Source of the DNA: Phycisphaerales bacterium
GTDB taxonomy: Bacteria > Planctomycetota > Phycisphaerae > Phycisphaerales > UBA1924
Reading direction: 5' to 3'
Assembly: GCA_965227775.1 (NCBI GenBank)
Contig: OZ245777.1
Coordinates: forward strand, 2,304,001 to 2,368,000
DNA length: 64,000 nt
In this document: positions 1-9,443 of the stretch, piece by piece
Layout of the letters: the number at the start of each line of letters is the position of its first letter
Numbering within the stretch: the first letter of the stretch is position 1
Notes under the pieces: model-generated
What the model saw: the letters and a program-made list of their open reading frames with translations, nothing else
What the model was told of the DNA's origin: nothing
Database searches by the model: none
Made by a program: the position numbers and the translations under genes

Positions 1-611
1 CCCTGCTCACGCGGCATGACTCGCGGCAGCTGATTGCTGCGCTGTCCGCCGAGCGCCGTGGGTCACTTCGCCGGTCTCTGACGTCTCTTGACTCGGAGAA
101 TCCGGTCGGCCTGCGTGGCTACACGCGCCGGCTGGCGCAGCAGCGTCTGGATGCCGTGCAGCAGCAGGTCTTGAAGGTTGCAGAACCGTTTGCCGGTCTC
201 GATACCTTGCTAGCAGACCATGGCTCGCATCGCGCAGGAGTCGTTGGACCGCTGGGCCGGCAGCGTGCGGAAGATCTCCGAGAATTTCGGGCGGTGACGC
301 GGCACGAGGTGTTCGAGTTCGAGGGCATGGCCCGATGGCACGCCCTATTGCCGCCCACCGAAGCGCGTCAGGGCGTACCTCTGGAAGAGCTCGACCGAAA
401 GTGGCAGCGAGCGCGCAACCTCATGGTGCACAGCGACCGCCTGTGGGCGCACCAGGACGCTCCGCGCCTGCACGACATGCTGTTGGATCTGATGATGCGT
501 GACGCGACGGGCGTGGTGCGATTGGTGCACGCAGACACCCAGCGGCTGGCGCACGCCGATCGAGAACGTCGCTGGCGGTTGCGTGAGTCGCTGGCGCGAC
601 TCGGCGAGTAG
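1..611 (+). CDS. Hypothetical protein, 5'-truncated by the window edge
   Basis: The frame of track ORF 156..611 stays open back to position 3 and ends TAG at 609-611. No recognisable motif. Confidence 0.65.
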   Translation, partial: LLTRHDSRQLIAALSAERRGSLRRSLTSLDSENPVGLRGYTRRLAQQRLDAVQQQVLKVAEPFAGLDTLLADHGSHRAGVVGPLGRQRAEDLREFRAVTRHEVFEFEGMARWHALLPPTEARQGVPLEELDRKWQRARNLMVHSDRLWAHQDAPRLHDMLLDLMMRDATGVVRLVHADTQRLAHADRERRWRLRESLARLGE

Positions 612-617
612 GCGCTC

Positions 618-1232
618 CTACTCGTTCACGCCCAGGTCGGCCTTGGTGAAGATCGCCCGGAACTGGACGCCGGCCGCCTCGACCGCCTCGCGCGCACCTT
701 CCTGGCGGTCGATGGTGGTGACGACGCCCGCGATCGCCGCGCCCATCTCGCGGAGCAACTCGACCGCTTCCACGGCCTGTCCACCGCTGGTCGCCACGTC
801 CTCGAACAAGACCACGGCATCGCCCGACTGCAGCTCGCCCTCGATTTGCTTGGCCGTGCCGTAGTCCTTCTTCGAGTTGCGAACGAAGATCGCGGGCAGG
901 CCAAGCCGCAGCGAGCAGGCGGTCACGAGCGGGATGCCCCCGAGTTCAGCGCCGGCCAGGCGGTGGGGCGCATCGGGATGGGCACGCAGCAGGTCGGCAG
1001 CCTGTTCTGCGAGAAGGTCGGCCACGGGTCCGAGAAGTTCGGGCTTGGTGCTGAACCGATACTTATCGAGGTAATACGAACTCTGACGGCCCGATCGCAA
1101 CGTGAAGTTGCCGCGCAGCAGGCACGCTTCGGCGATCTTGCCGGCCAGTTCGTTCGGGGCCTGAGAGGGTGACGGACGGGCTGGGGCGTGTGGCGACTCC
1201 ATGGATGGCAGGATAGGGAGCAGTTCGCTCAT
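618..1232 (-). CDS. pyrE: Orotate phosphoribosyltransferase
   Basis: GNFTLRSGRQSSYYLDK, ELGGIP, VRNSKKDYGT and PRPP-binding VVLFEDVATSGG motifs. Start could instead be the Met at 1202. Confidence 0.95.
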   Translation of the reverse strand: MSELLPILPSMESPHAPARPSPSQAPNELAGKIAEACLLRGNFTLRSGRQSSYYLDKYRFSTKPELLGPVADLLAEQAADLLRAHPDAPHRLAGAELGGIPLVTACSLRLGLPAIFVRNSKKDYGTAKQIEGELQSGDAVVLFEDVATSGGQAVEAVELLREMGAAIAGVVTTIDRQEGAREAVEAAGVQFRAIFTKADLGVNE

Positions 1233-1402
1233 CTGCGTGCAGCGACGAGCCGATCGCCCGGGTGAATGCCGTCCGGTCGTTCCGGGTTGGTCGATGACGC
1301 GTGGGCGTCAATGATCCCGTCTAGCTGGTTTCTTCTGCGGCCCGCCGAGGCGTTGCCGCACATGGATCGGATCTCAGGGGAGCGACACAGGAGATGATCA
1401 CG

Positions 1403-3265
1403 ATGACCACTCGACACCGCGCCTTGCCCGGCCTCGGACTCCGCCCTCTGCTGGGCGCCGTGGCGTGCCTCGCGTTGGCTGCGGGTGCGGTGCCCGCCCA
1501 GGCCCAGAACAGCGGCAATTCGCAAGAGGCAAATCCGTTCGCCCCCAAGCCCACCAAGGCGCGGGCGTTGCCGAGCATACTCGAGCGGGACGGCGACGGC
1601 CGCGTGATCCGCTTCGACGGTGATCCCGCCCGCAAGGCCCTTGAGGTCTTGGTACTTCGGGCTGAGCAGCGGCGGATCCTCGAACGCATCATGGCCGAAC
1701 GCGACACGCAGCTGCGCTTGGCCGCTGTGGCCAACGCCGACAAGATCGTCGATGCCCTTGAGGTGGCCCGGGAGGGACGCCAAATGGAGACCGACGCGAT
1801 GGGCCAGTCGCTCATGGCTGCGCTCGGCGAGTTTGGTCGCCGGGGCCAGTTCGCGACCGATGCGGTCGTTCGGGCCGAGGTGGACAGGCCGGTCTACATC
1901 GACTTGAACGCCGTGGTGCGCGAGTACAACCTCGCACGCGTAAGCGAAGATCGGGAGGCGTTGCTTGCGGTCGTGGATAAGGCTGAGATCTCCGAGATCC
2001 TGCTGCGAGACTCGACCATCCTTCAGCGATTGATCCAGCACGATGCCATGATGGATGCGGCCCGGATGCTAGAGGAGGCGTTCGGGGGTTCGGCGGCACT
2101 GGCCGCCGCACACCCTGAGGTGGCCGAGACGATCGATCAGGACGGGTACTGGCCCGCGATGTCCGAGCTAAGCGATGAGCAGTTGGCCCAGTTCGTTCGG
2201 GATCAAACGGGCGTCGAGGTGTTCTTTCCCAGCCCGGTGGGCGGCGCTGCGGCCTTTGAGGGCGCGCTGACCACGCAAGAGCCGGTTGGCCCGCCAGTGG
2301 GTGGTGCTCAAGAGAGCGGGAACGCCGGTGCAGCCGAGCAGGCTCGTCCGCAACGGTCCCGAATCTCGGCGCAGAGCGAGGTATTGCCGGACGCCGACGG
2401 AGTGTACCGGTTTACGGATGAAGAGCTCGAAGTACTTCGAGTCCAGCCCAGCGACGGCCCTTCGATTCTGGAGCGAGGCCCTGACGGCAAGGCCGTTCGG
2501 CTTGCAAAGCCCAGCTTCGTCGAGGCGTACGAGCTCCTGCGATCGCAGGGCAAGGTCAGTGAGGCCGATATCGAGACGCTTGATCGCCTGCTCGCCGACC
2601 GCGATGCGGTTTTCGACGAGCAGGCGCTGCGGTTGTATGAGTTCCTGATCGACGCAGCCGGTCATGGGCCGCTGGAAGAAGCGCCCCTGGAGCAAGCGGC
2701 GCTCGATCAGGAGTGGCGTCTTTCAAGCTTGATGTTCGGCGCATGGTTGAACGAAGAGCTGCCTGCGCCGTCGACCTTCCATAATGACCAACGCATCCGC
2801 AAGGGCATCGACTGGGACACACTCGTCGAGCTGGCTCGCATCGCAAACGAGTACGACGGCGGTCACATTTTCGACGCCCGCATCGAGTTGCTGAAGATGG
2901 TCCGCGACAACGAGGAGATGGATGATGCGGCCGTCGCCCTGCCGGGCAACATCAAGCGGCCGTGGCGACTCCAGCAGATCATCAAGGATGCCAAAGAGTC
3001 GTATGCCCGCCAGCTCCGCGTGACCGAGCCCGACTTCCGCGGCGTGCTCGCCGAGCTCGACGTCAGTCCTGATGTTGCAGTGGAACTCGAGAGCGTGGTT
3101 GCGATGGACGGCCCGATGACCGAAGCCGACTTCTGGGAGGTTGCCGTGAAGTTGCCCGTGGAGGCCCACCGCGAACTCATCAAGGAGCGGACGGGGTACG
3201 AAGCGCCCGAGCCGGGCTTTTTCGAGGGCAAGTATCCGACGCCGACGACGGGCGCCGACGGGTAG
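1403..3265 (+). CDS. Exported hypothetical protein with two copies of an uncharacterised helical domain
   Basis: AGGAG 9 nt before ATG 1403; signal peptide ending AQA; internal repeat PSILERxxDG...EY. Confidence 0.85.
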   Translation: MTTRHRALPGLGLRPLLGAVACLALAAGAVPAQAQNSGNSQEANPFAPKPTKARALPSILERDGDGRVIRFDGDPARKALEVLVLRAEQRRILERIMAERDTQLRLAAVANADKIVDALEVAREGRQMETDAMGQSLMAALGEFGRRGQFATDAVVRAEVDRPVYIDLNAVVREYNLARVSEDREALLAVVDKAEISEILLRDSTILQRLIQHDAMMDAARMLEEAFGGSAALAAAHPEVAETIDQDGYWPAMSELSDEQLAQFVRDQTGVEVFFPSPVGGAAAFEGALTTQEPVGPPVGGAQESGNAGAAEQARPQRSRISAQSEVLPDADGVYRFTDEELEVLRVQPSDGPSILERGPDGKAVRLAKPSFVEAYELLRSQGKVSEADIETLDRLLADRDAVFDEQALRLYEFLIDAAGHGPLEEAPLEQAALDQEWRLSSLMFGAWLNEELPAPSTFHNDQRIRKGIDWDTLVELARIANEYDGGHIFDARIELLKMVRDNEEMDDAAVALPGNIKRPWRLQQIIKDAKESYARQLRVTEPDFRGVLAELDVSPDVAVELESVVAMDGPMTEADFWEVAVKLPVEAHRELIKERTGYEAPEPGFFEGKYPTPTTGADG

Positions 3266-3363
3266 CGGGTCGAGACCGCTGCTGGCGGGGCCAACAATGT
3301 CGGCCCTGCGGCCAATGCCCAGGATTGCACGCAGCCAGCCCGCCTGGCGGGAAGGGGAGATCG

Positions 3364-4263
3364 ATGACTCGCACGTTCCAGAAGCTATCCGTTGGCCTGG
3401 CGATCGGCGCCCTTTCCGCGGCCGCGTTCGCCCAGGCCGCACCCGAGCGTCCGCAGGCTCCCGTGGGCCTGGCGCCGCAGCCCGCCCAGCCGCAGTTCGA
3501 AAACATCTTCACGATGGGTGAGGACGGCATGCCCGTTCCTCCGGCGACGTGGCTCGACATCGCCGCGTTGGCGGTGAACCCGACCATCCCTGTCGACATG
3601 CGTGAGCAGGTCGAGGCGGGCGTGCGCGAGTGGCTCGCGAATGTGCAGCAGCTGATCCTGCAGAACCCGGATCTGGCGGTCGAGGCTGCCCAGGGGCTCT
3701 TCGAGAACATCACCATCGAGGCCCGGGCCGATCTGGCGCACGCCTCGGAGGTCATGAAGGCCTTGGGCTCGGTGACCAACCTGTCGTCGTTCCTGGTGAC
3801 CGAGGGGGTGCTGAGCAACGAGCAGGGCGAGACCAACCGCCGCATCGTGCAGCAATACGTGCGGGCTCGCAGCGACGCCCTCAGCAAGCAGGTCATGGAG
3901 ATGTCGCCCGAAGAGCAACAGGGCCAGATGCAGCTGCTCATGGCCCGTACGACGATGACCAGCCTGACCGACGATGCGCTCCGGATGTTCCGCTCGATCG
4001 CTGTTCGCGGGGCGCCCATGGCTGGCGACGCAATCCGCGACGCCGGCCTCGACGCGTCGAGCTACTCGGCCGAACTCCAGGCCGTTCGAGAGGCGGGCAC
4101 AGACGAGGCCAAGTACGAGGCGATGATCACCCTCATGGACGCCATGGAGGGCATGGAGATCTTCCGCTTTGCCGAGTCGCTGGGCGCGAAGCTGCCGGAA
4201 ATCGAGCTACGCGGCCTCGAGCGCGTGGGCGAGTTGCACGGAGCCGAATCAGAAGAGGGCTGA
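3364..4263 (+). CDS. Exported hypothetical protein, probable paralog of the upstream repeat domain
   Basis: GGGGAG RBS; signal peptide (MTRTFQKLSVGLAIGALSAAAFA); typical codon usage. Confidence 0.85.
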   Translation: MTRTFQKLSVGLAIGALSAAAFAQAAPERPQAPVGLAPQPAQPQFENIFTMGEDGMPVPPATWLDIAALAVNPTIPVDMREQVEAGVREWLANVQQLILQNPDLAVEAAQGLFENITIEARADLAHASEVMKALGSVTNLSSFLVTEGVLSNEQGETNRRIVQQYVRARSDALSKQVMEMSPEEQQGQMQLLMARTTMTSLTDDALRMFRSIAVRGAPMAGDAIRDAGLDASSYSAELQAVREAGTDEAKYEAMITLMDAMEGMEIFRFAESLGAKLPEIELRGLERVGELHGAESEEG

Positions 4264-4298
4264 GCCATCGGGCGCGGACGCCGGTCATACACTCCGCC

Positions 4299-5894
4299 AT
4301 GCCCACGTTCTACGCGACCACGCCTATCTACTACGTCAATGATCGCCCGCACATCGGGCACTGCTACACAACGCTGTTGGCAGACGTGCTTGCGCGCTTC
4401 CATCGGCTGGCAGGTGATGACGTGCTCATGCTCACGGGCACCGATGAGCACGCGCAGAAGGTGATCGACCGCGCCCAGGATGCGGGCGTGAGCGTGCAGG
4501 CCTGGGCCGACCAGAATGCGCAGGCGTTCCGCGAGGCGTTCGCGTTCATGGAGATCGCCCAGGACGATTTCGTGCGGACGAGCGAGGACCGCCACAAGTC
4601 CCGGGCGAGCGGCTACATCCAGAAACTGGTTGAGAGCGGTGACATCTACCTCGGCGACTACGTCGGCTGGTACGACCCTGGGCAAGAGGAGTACGTCACC
4701 GAGTCGGTTGCCAAGGCGCACGACTACAAAAGCCCAGTGAGCGGCAAGCCGCTCGAGAAGCGCACCGAGCAGAACTACTTCTTCAAGCTCTCGGCGTTCG
4801 AAGACAAGCTCAACGCGCACCTAGAACAGCACCCCCGATTCGTGCAACCCGAAGCGCGGCGCAACGAGGTGCTCGGCCGGCTCCGGCAGGGCCTGCAAGA
4901 CGTGCCTGTCAGTCGTGCGGTCAAGGACGACGACGGCGAGGACTGGGGCATCCGCATGCCCAATGACCCCGGTCACCGGGTGTACGTCTGGATCGAGGCG
5001 CTGTGCAACTACCTCACCGTGGTCGACACGCCCGAGCGCCGGCGCTACTGGCCCGCCTCGATTCACCTGCTCGCGAAGGACATCCTTTGGTTCCACGCCG
5101 TGGTATGGCCGGCGATGCTCATGGCCCTCGATGAGCCGCTGCCCGGCTGCGTGTATGCTCATGCGTACTTTGTTGCCGAGGGACGCAAGATGTCCAAGAG
5201 CATGGGCAACTTCATCGAGATCGATCAGCTGCGAGCGTATGGCGACCGTTTCTCGGTCGATGCCGTCCGCTGGTACCTTGCGACACAAGGCCCGCTGGGC
5301 TCGACCGATGCGGACTTCGCGCACGCGAACTTTGTTGACGTGTACAACGCCGAACTGGCAAACGGGCTTGGTAACTGTGCGAGCCGTGTGGTCAACATGA
5401 TCCACAAGTACTTCGATGGTGAGCTGCCCGATGCACGCGACGCGACCGTGCACGGCGGAGTCGACTGGCCGAACCTGACCGAGGGCCACGTGCAGGCCGC
5501 ACGAGCCCTCTTCGACCAGGTCGACCTGCACGGCGCGGCCCATCAGGGGCTCGCCATCGTGACCGCCGTGGACGGGTACATCAACAACACCGAACCGTTC
5601 AGGCTGGCCAAAAAGATCACCGGTGATGACGATCCGAACCGGGCGGATCTCGCGTTGATCTTGTTCAATTGCGCCGAGGCGCTCCGCATCGCGGCGGCGC
5701 TCTTCATCCCATTCATGCCCCAGAAGTCTGCCGACGTGCTTGGCATGCTCGGGTCGCGGGTTCCCGGTGATGGGGAGCTCGATGCGTTCTGCCGGTGGCG
5801 GGGCCAGTTCGGTCTGCAGTCTGGCTTGCCGGTCACTAAGGGCGAGGCGCTGTTCATGCGGGCCGATTCCGAGGAGCCGGCGCCAACCGCCTGA
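4299..5894 (+). CDS. metG: Methionine--tRNA ligase (short form, no C-terminal tRNA-binding domain)
   Basis: FYATTPIYYVND, HIGH, GTDEH, YVWIEAL, KDILWFH, KMSKS. Real start is 4299, not the track's 3630. Confidence 0.97.
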   Translation: MPTFYATTPIYYVNDRPHIGHCYTTLLADVLARFHRLAGDDVLMLTGTDEHAQKVIDRAQDAGVSVQAWADQNAQAFREAFAFMEIAQDDFVRTSEDRHKSRASGYIQKLVESGDIYLGDYVGWYDPGQEEYVTESVAKAHDYKSPVSGKPLEKRTEQNYFFKLSAFEDKLNAHLEQHPRFVQPEARRNEVLGRLRQGLQDVPVSRAVKDDDGEDWGIRMPNDPGHRVYVWIEALCNYLTVVDTPERRRYWPASIHLLAKDILWFHAVVWPAMLMALDEPLPGCVYAHAYFVAEGRKMSKSMGNFIEIDQLRAYGDRFSVDAVRWYLATQGPLGSTDADFAHANFVDVYNAELANGLGNCASRVVNMIHKYFDGELPDARDATVHGGVDWPNLTEGHVQAARALFDQVDLHGAAHQGLAIVTAVDGYINNTEPFRLAKKITGDDDPNRADLALILFNCAEALRIAAALFIPFMPQKSADVLGMLGSRVPGDGELDAFCRWRGQFGLQSGLPVTKGEALFMRADSEEPAPTA

Positions 5895-5903
5895 GGATTC
5901 GCT

Positions 5904-6443
5904 GTGGGCAGGTCACCACCATTTCGATTCCGATCGGCCGTGCACGCCATGTCCGCCCGCGAATATCTCGTGCAGAACGGTGTCCCTGCTGAAGTCGTGG
6001 GTGGCAACAGCGACGGTGCGATGCCGTGGGTGCTCGGTCGGGGGAACGGGCTCTACGAGGTTGTGCTCGCGACGAAGTCGGACGCAGAGTTGGCAAGCTA
6101 CCTGCTCGAGCAATGGGAACGCGAGCCGATGGAGCTCGAGGGCGAGCTCGACGACCAGGCGCTGCCCGATCTGAGCGTGCTCGATCCATCCATGGCGCCC
6201 GCGTGTCTGAACTGCCAGAAGGTACTGCCCTTGATCGCATCGCTCGATGCCTGCCCAGCGTGCGGCACAAGCGTGGATGTCCCCGCTCTCATCGTCGAGG
6301 CGCACGGTCCCGAGGCGTTGCACGAGTGCTACGACGCAACACCCAGCGTCAGCGAACTCGCGTCGCAAGAGCCATGCGGCGCGTGTGGCGGTCCGATCAA
6401 CGAGAAGGGTGCGTGTGGCTGGTGCGGCCGGAGTAGCCGCTGA
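5904..6443 (+). CDS. Hypothetical protein with two Cys-rich zinc-ribbon-like motifs
   Basis: CLNC...CPACG and CGACG...CGWCG; follows metG by 9 nt. Confidence 0.75.
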   Translation: MGRSPPFRFRSAVHAMSAREYLVQNGVPAEVVGGNSDGAMPWVLGRGNGLYEVVLATKSDAELASYLLEQWEREPMELEGELDDQALPDLSVLDPSMAPACLNCQKVLPLIASLDACPACGTSVDVPALIVEAHGPEALHECYDATPSVSELASQEPCGACGGPINEKGACGWCGRSSR

Positions 6444-6449
6444 CAGAAC

Positions 6450-6953
6450 TCAAGACGCCAGAGCGGGCTCGTAGCGGTGCAGCTCCACAAGACGGCAGCC
6501 GCCCGGGGACAGGCCTTCTTCGGCGACGAGTGATGCCATCTGGCCGGTTCGCAACGCCGGGCCGGGCATGAGCATGCCGGCCGACATGCCGTGCAGCAGT
6601 ATCGAGACCATGGCCGTCACCGTCGGGTTGTGGCCAACAAGCAGCACCGGGGCGTCGGTGGAGAAGTCATCGAGCGCGGAGATGGCCTCGCTCGCGGCGC
6701 AGGCGGGCAGCAGCAAATCGAGCGTCGTGACACCGATGCCGAGCTCGTCGGCGATCGTCTGCGCGGTTTGCAGGGTGCGGACGGCAGGGCTCGCCAGGAT
6801 GCGGCGAGGGCGTTCGGGCGGCAACAGGCCGCTGATGTGGCTGGCGAGAAAGCGGGCCTGGAGGCGGCCCTCACGCGTCAGCGGGCGATCGATGTCGAGG
6901 CCCGTAACCGAGTTCGACTCGGCCTGGGCGTGACGGCAGACGTGGAAGTGCAT
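6450..6953 (-). CDS. sixA: Phosphohistidine phosphatase SixA family
   Basis: RHAQAE, DRPLTREG, ASPAVRTLQTA, LLVGHNP. Confidence 0.9.
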   Translation of the reverse strand: MHFHVCRHAQAESNSVTGLDIDRPLTREGRLQARFLASHISGLLPPERPRRILASPAVRTLQTAQTIADELGIGVTTLDLLLPACAASEAISALDDFSTDAPVLLVGHNPTVTAMVSILLHGMSAGMLMPGPALRTGQMASLVAEEGLSPGGCRLVELHRYEPALAS

Positions 6954-7159
6954 TGCAAGAAACCCCCGATCGGCACCATCCTCGCGCCCTCCTGCACACA
7001 GTCTCGCCGATCGCAGTGCTCAACGCAATACCAAACTCTACCCAAATAGGGAGAATCTTGTCGGTTGGGCCGGGGAACTTCGCTGTGTTCGGGGTTGCAT
7101 CGGAATGGAAGATGGGCGAAACTGCATGGTGGCGACAGCGCGACAAGGGGAGGCGAGGA

Positions 7160-9301
7160 ATGCTTGAGAACCGATTCGCACGTACAGCCGCCGCGTCGGC
7201 AATGGTCATCGGTGCATTGATGGCCCGCGTGGGCCAGGCGGGCCCCGGCGTGGCCGAGCACGCCATACTTGTGGTTGATCCGGGCTCGCCCGACGCGATG
7301 CGCGCCGCCAACGAGTACATCGCCGCCCGCGGACTGCCCGAGACTGCGGTGCTTTACATGACGCCCGACGCCGCGAACTTCGCCGCCTTCAACAACAACA
7401 ACCTCGTGGCCCTCTTCGGCGAACTCGCAGCCCGGGGAATCGGCGACCGCGCGGACTACATCATCATCGCGCCGCCCTCGCGGTATCGCATGAGGTCGTC
7501 GACCACCGTTGCTGACGGGTGCGCGCCCGTGAACAACTTTGGCATCTCGAGCGCGTACACCATGGCGTTTTACGCCGACGAAGTGCTGGGCGGCGGGCTG
7601 TCCGTAACGCGAACGCAGCCATTCCATCGCCCGATCGGCGAGCCGCGCGGGTTCGACAGCGAGGTCACGTACGCCGCCGGCAACCCGAGCTCGTCATCCC
7701 TGGCACGGCGGTCGTTCATCGGTGCGGTGCTGGGTTGGACTGGTGAACGCGGCAATACGATCGATGAAGTGGTCGACATGATCGATCGCTCGGTCGCGGC
7801 CGATGGAGCATCACCAGGCGGTTCGAACGACACGTACTACTTCATGAACACGACCGACGGGGCGCGCAACGTACGGCAGCCGCTGTTCGGACGGGTCATC
7901 ACGGATCTCACAGCCAAGGGCACCAGCGCGGTGCAGCAGGATGGCGAGGTGCCGACCGGCGGCGTCATGGCGGCTGGAATCATGACCGGCGTGGCCAACC
8001 CGCCCATCGATGCGGGCGACTTCGCGTTTGGCCCAGCCGCCTTCGCCGACCACCTGACGAGTTTTGCCGGACACTTTGGCACGGGCAGCCAGACCAAGAT
8101 GAGCCGCTGGATCGCCAAGGGCGCGGTCGGCAGTTCGGGCACGGTCGAGGAGCCCTGCAACTACACGGGCAAGTTTCCACATCCTCGGCTGCACTACTTC
8201 TACGACCAGGGCGCCACATTGGGCGAGGCCTACTTGAGGAGCATCGGCTTCGTGCCCTTCCAGGTGCAGTTCATCGGTGACCCGCTCGCGCGACCGTTCA
8301 CGTACGTGCCTGACGTCTCGTTCTCCTTGCCGAGCATCGCATCTGGCGTGGTGACGATCGATCCGAGTGCGATCACGGCGAAGCCGAGTACTGGCATCGG
8401 CCGCGTGCTTCTCCTTGCCAACGGCGTCACGGTCGACGAAGCAACTGGCAGCAGCGACCTCGAACTCGATACGACCTTGCTACCCGACGGCGTGAACGAG
8501 GTGCGTGTCGTGGCGTACGACGACACCGATCTCGAATCTCGTGGCAGCGAGACGCTCTTGGTCACCGTGAACAACCGCGGACGGCTGCCGACGCTCTCGC
8601 CGAGCGCCACGAGCGGTGGACTCAGCACGCAGATCACCTTCACGCTGGGAGCAACGGGAGCCGAGGAGATCCGCTTGGTGCGGGCAGGTGCAGTGCTCGC
8701 CGCGGTCGACGGCGCTGCAGGCGACGTATCGGTGTATGGTGCCAACCTGGGCGAAGGCCCGAGCACGGTGTGGGCCGAGGCGAGCTACGCGGATGGTCGC
8801 CTCGCCCGTTCCGCGCCGCAGACGATCACGGTCGATGGTGGATCGGTCGGGGCGCCTACGACACCGATCGCGTACGACTACACCCGAACCATCGAGCCGG
8901 GAACGACCGTCTTGGTCTCGCTGCCTGCCTCCGTGCGTGATGATGCAGCCGACATCAGTTACGAGATCGTCTCGGCTCCGGCCGGTGACGTCGATCTGTT
9001 GTGGCACGACGGTAAGGCATTCGCTCTCGTGCGAGTGGAACCAGGGATCACCTCGGGCGCAAGTCTGACGTTCCGCGTCACGAGTTCGGCGGGGTCCGAT
9101 ACCGGCGTGGTGACGCTTGGTCTGCCAGCGACGAGTTGCCGTGCCGACCTGGATGGCGATGGCGCGCTGACGATCTTCGACTTCCTGGCGTTCCAGAATC
9201 TGTTCGATGCAGGCGATCCGGTCGCCGACTTCGACGGCGACGGTTCGCTGACGATCTTCGACTTCCTGGCCTTCCAGAACGAATTTTCGGCAGGCTGCTG
9301 A
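7160..9301 (+). CDS. TIGR03790-like secreted protein with Ig-like repeats and a C-terminal GC-type dockerin-like domain
   Basis: RBS before ATG 7160; GAVGSSGTVEEP..FPHP..GATLGEAY..IGDPLARPF core; C-terminal CRADLDGDGALTIFDFLAFQNLF...AGC. Confidence 0.8.
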   Translation: MLENRFARTAAASAMVIGALMARVGQAGPGVAEHAILVVDPGSPDAMRAANEYIAARGLPETAVLYMTPDAANFAAFNNNNLVALFGELAARGIGDRADYIIIAPPSRYRMRSSTTVADGCAPVNNFGISSAYTMAFYADEVLGGGLSVTRTQPFHRPIGEPRGFDSEVTYAAGNPSSSSLARRSFIGAVLGWTGERGNTIDEVVDMIDRSVAADGASPGGSNDTYYFMNTTDGARNVRQPLFGRVITDLTAKGTSAVQQDGEVPTGGVMAAGIMTGVANPPIDAGDFAFGPAAFADHLTSFAGHFGTGSQTKMSRWIAKGAVGSSGTVEEPCNYTGKFPHPRLHYFYDQGATLGEAYLRSIGFVPFQVQFIGDPLARPFTYVPDVSFSLPSIASGVVTIDPSAITAKPSTGIGRVLLLANGVTVDEATGSSDLELDTTLLPDGVNEVRVVAYDDTDLESRGSETLLVTVNNRGRLPTLSPSATSGGLSTQITFTLGATGAEEIRLVRAGAVLAAVDGAAGDVSVYGANLGEGPSTVWAEASYADGRLARSAPQTITVDGGSVGAPTTPIAYDYTRTIEPGTTVLVSLPASVRDDAADISYEIVSAPAGDVDLLWHDGKAFALVRVEPGITSGASLTFRVTSSAGSDTGVVTLGLPATSCRADLDGDGALTIFDFLAFQNLFDAGDPVADFDGDGSLTIFDFLAFQNEFSAGC

Positions 9302-9443
9302 TCGGGATTCGATCGCCGTACGGCATGGGCCAAGGTGGGGAAATACCTGCAACGCTCCAATGCGTGCGGGCTTTATGCTTGGGTGACTCGACCCCAGAGA
9401 TGAAGTGATCGCGTGCACCGGCATGCAGAGCGAGGAGTGAACG

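Noticed and set aside
3630..4298. Long N-terminal extensions given by the ORF track for metG, nuoG, the kinase, dnaX, obgE, purL and lpxI
   Set aside because: The extensions are Arg/Pro-rich noise overlapping neighbours; family N-termini and RBS or -10 signals indicate later starts.
9137..9301. Direct DNA repeats inside the dockerin-like tails as a CRISPR array or DGR TR/VR pair
   Set aside because: They are coding duplications differing mainly at synonymous positions; no spacers, cas genes or reverse transcriptase.
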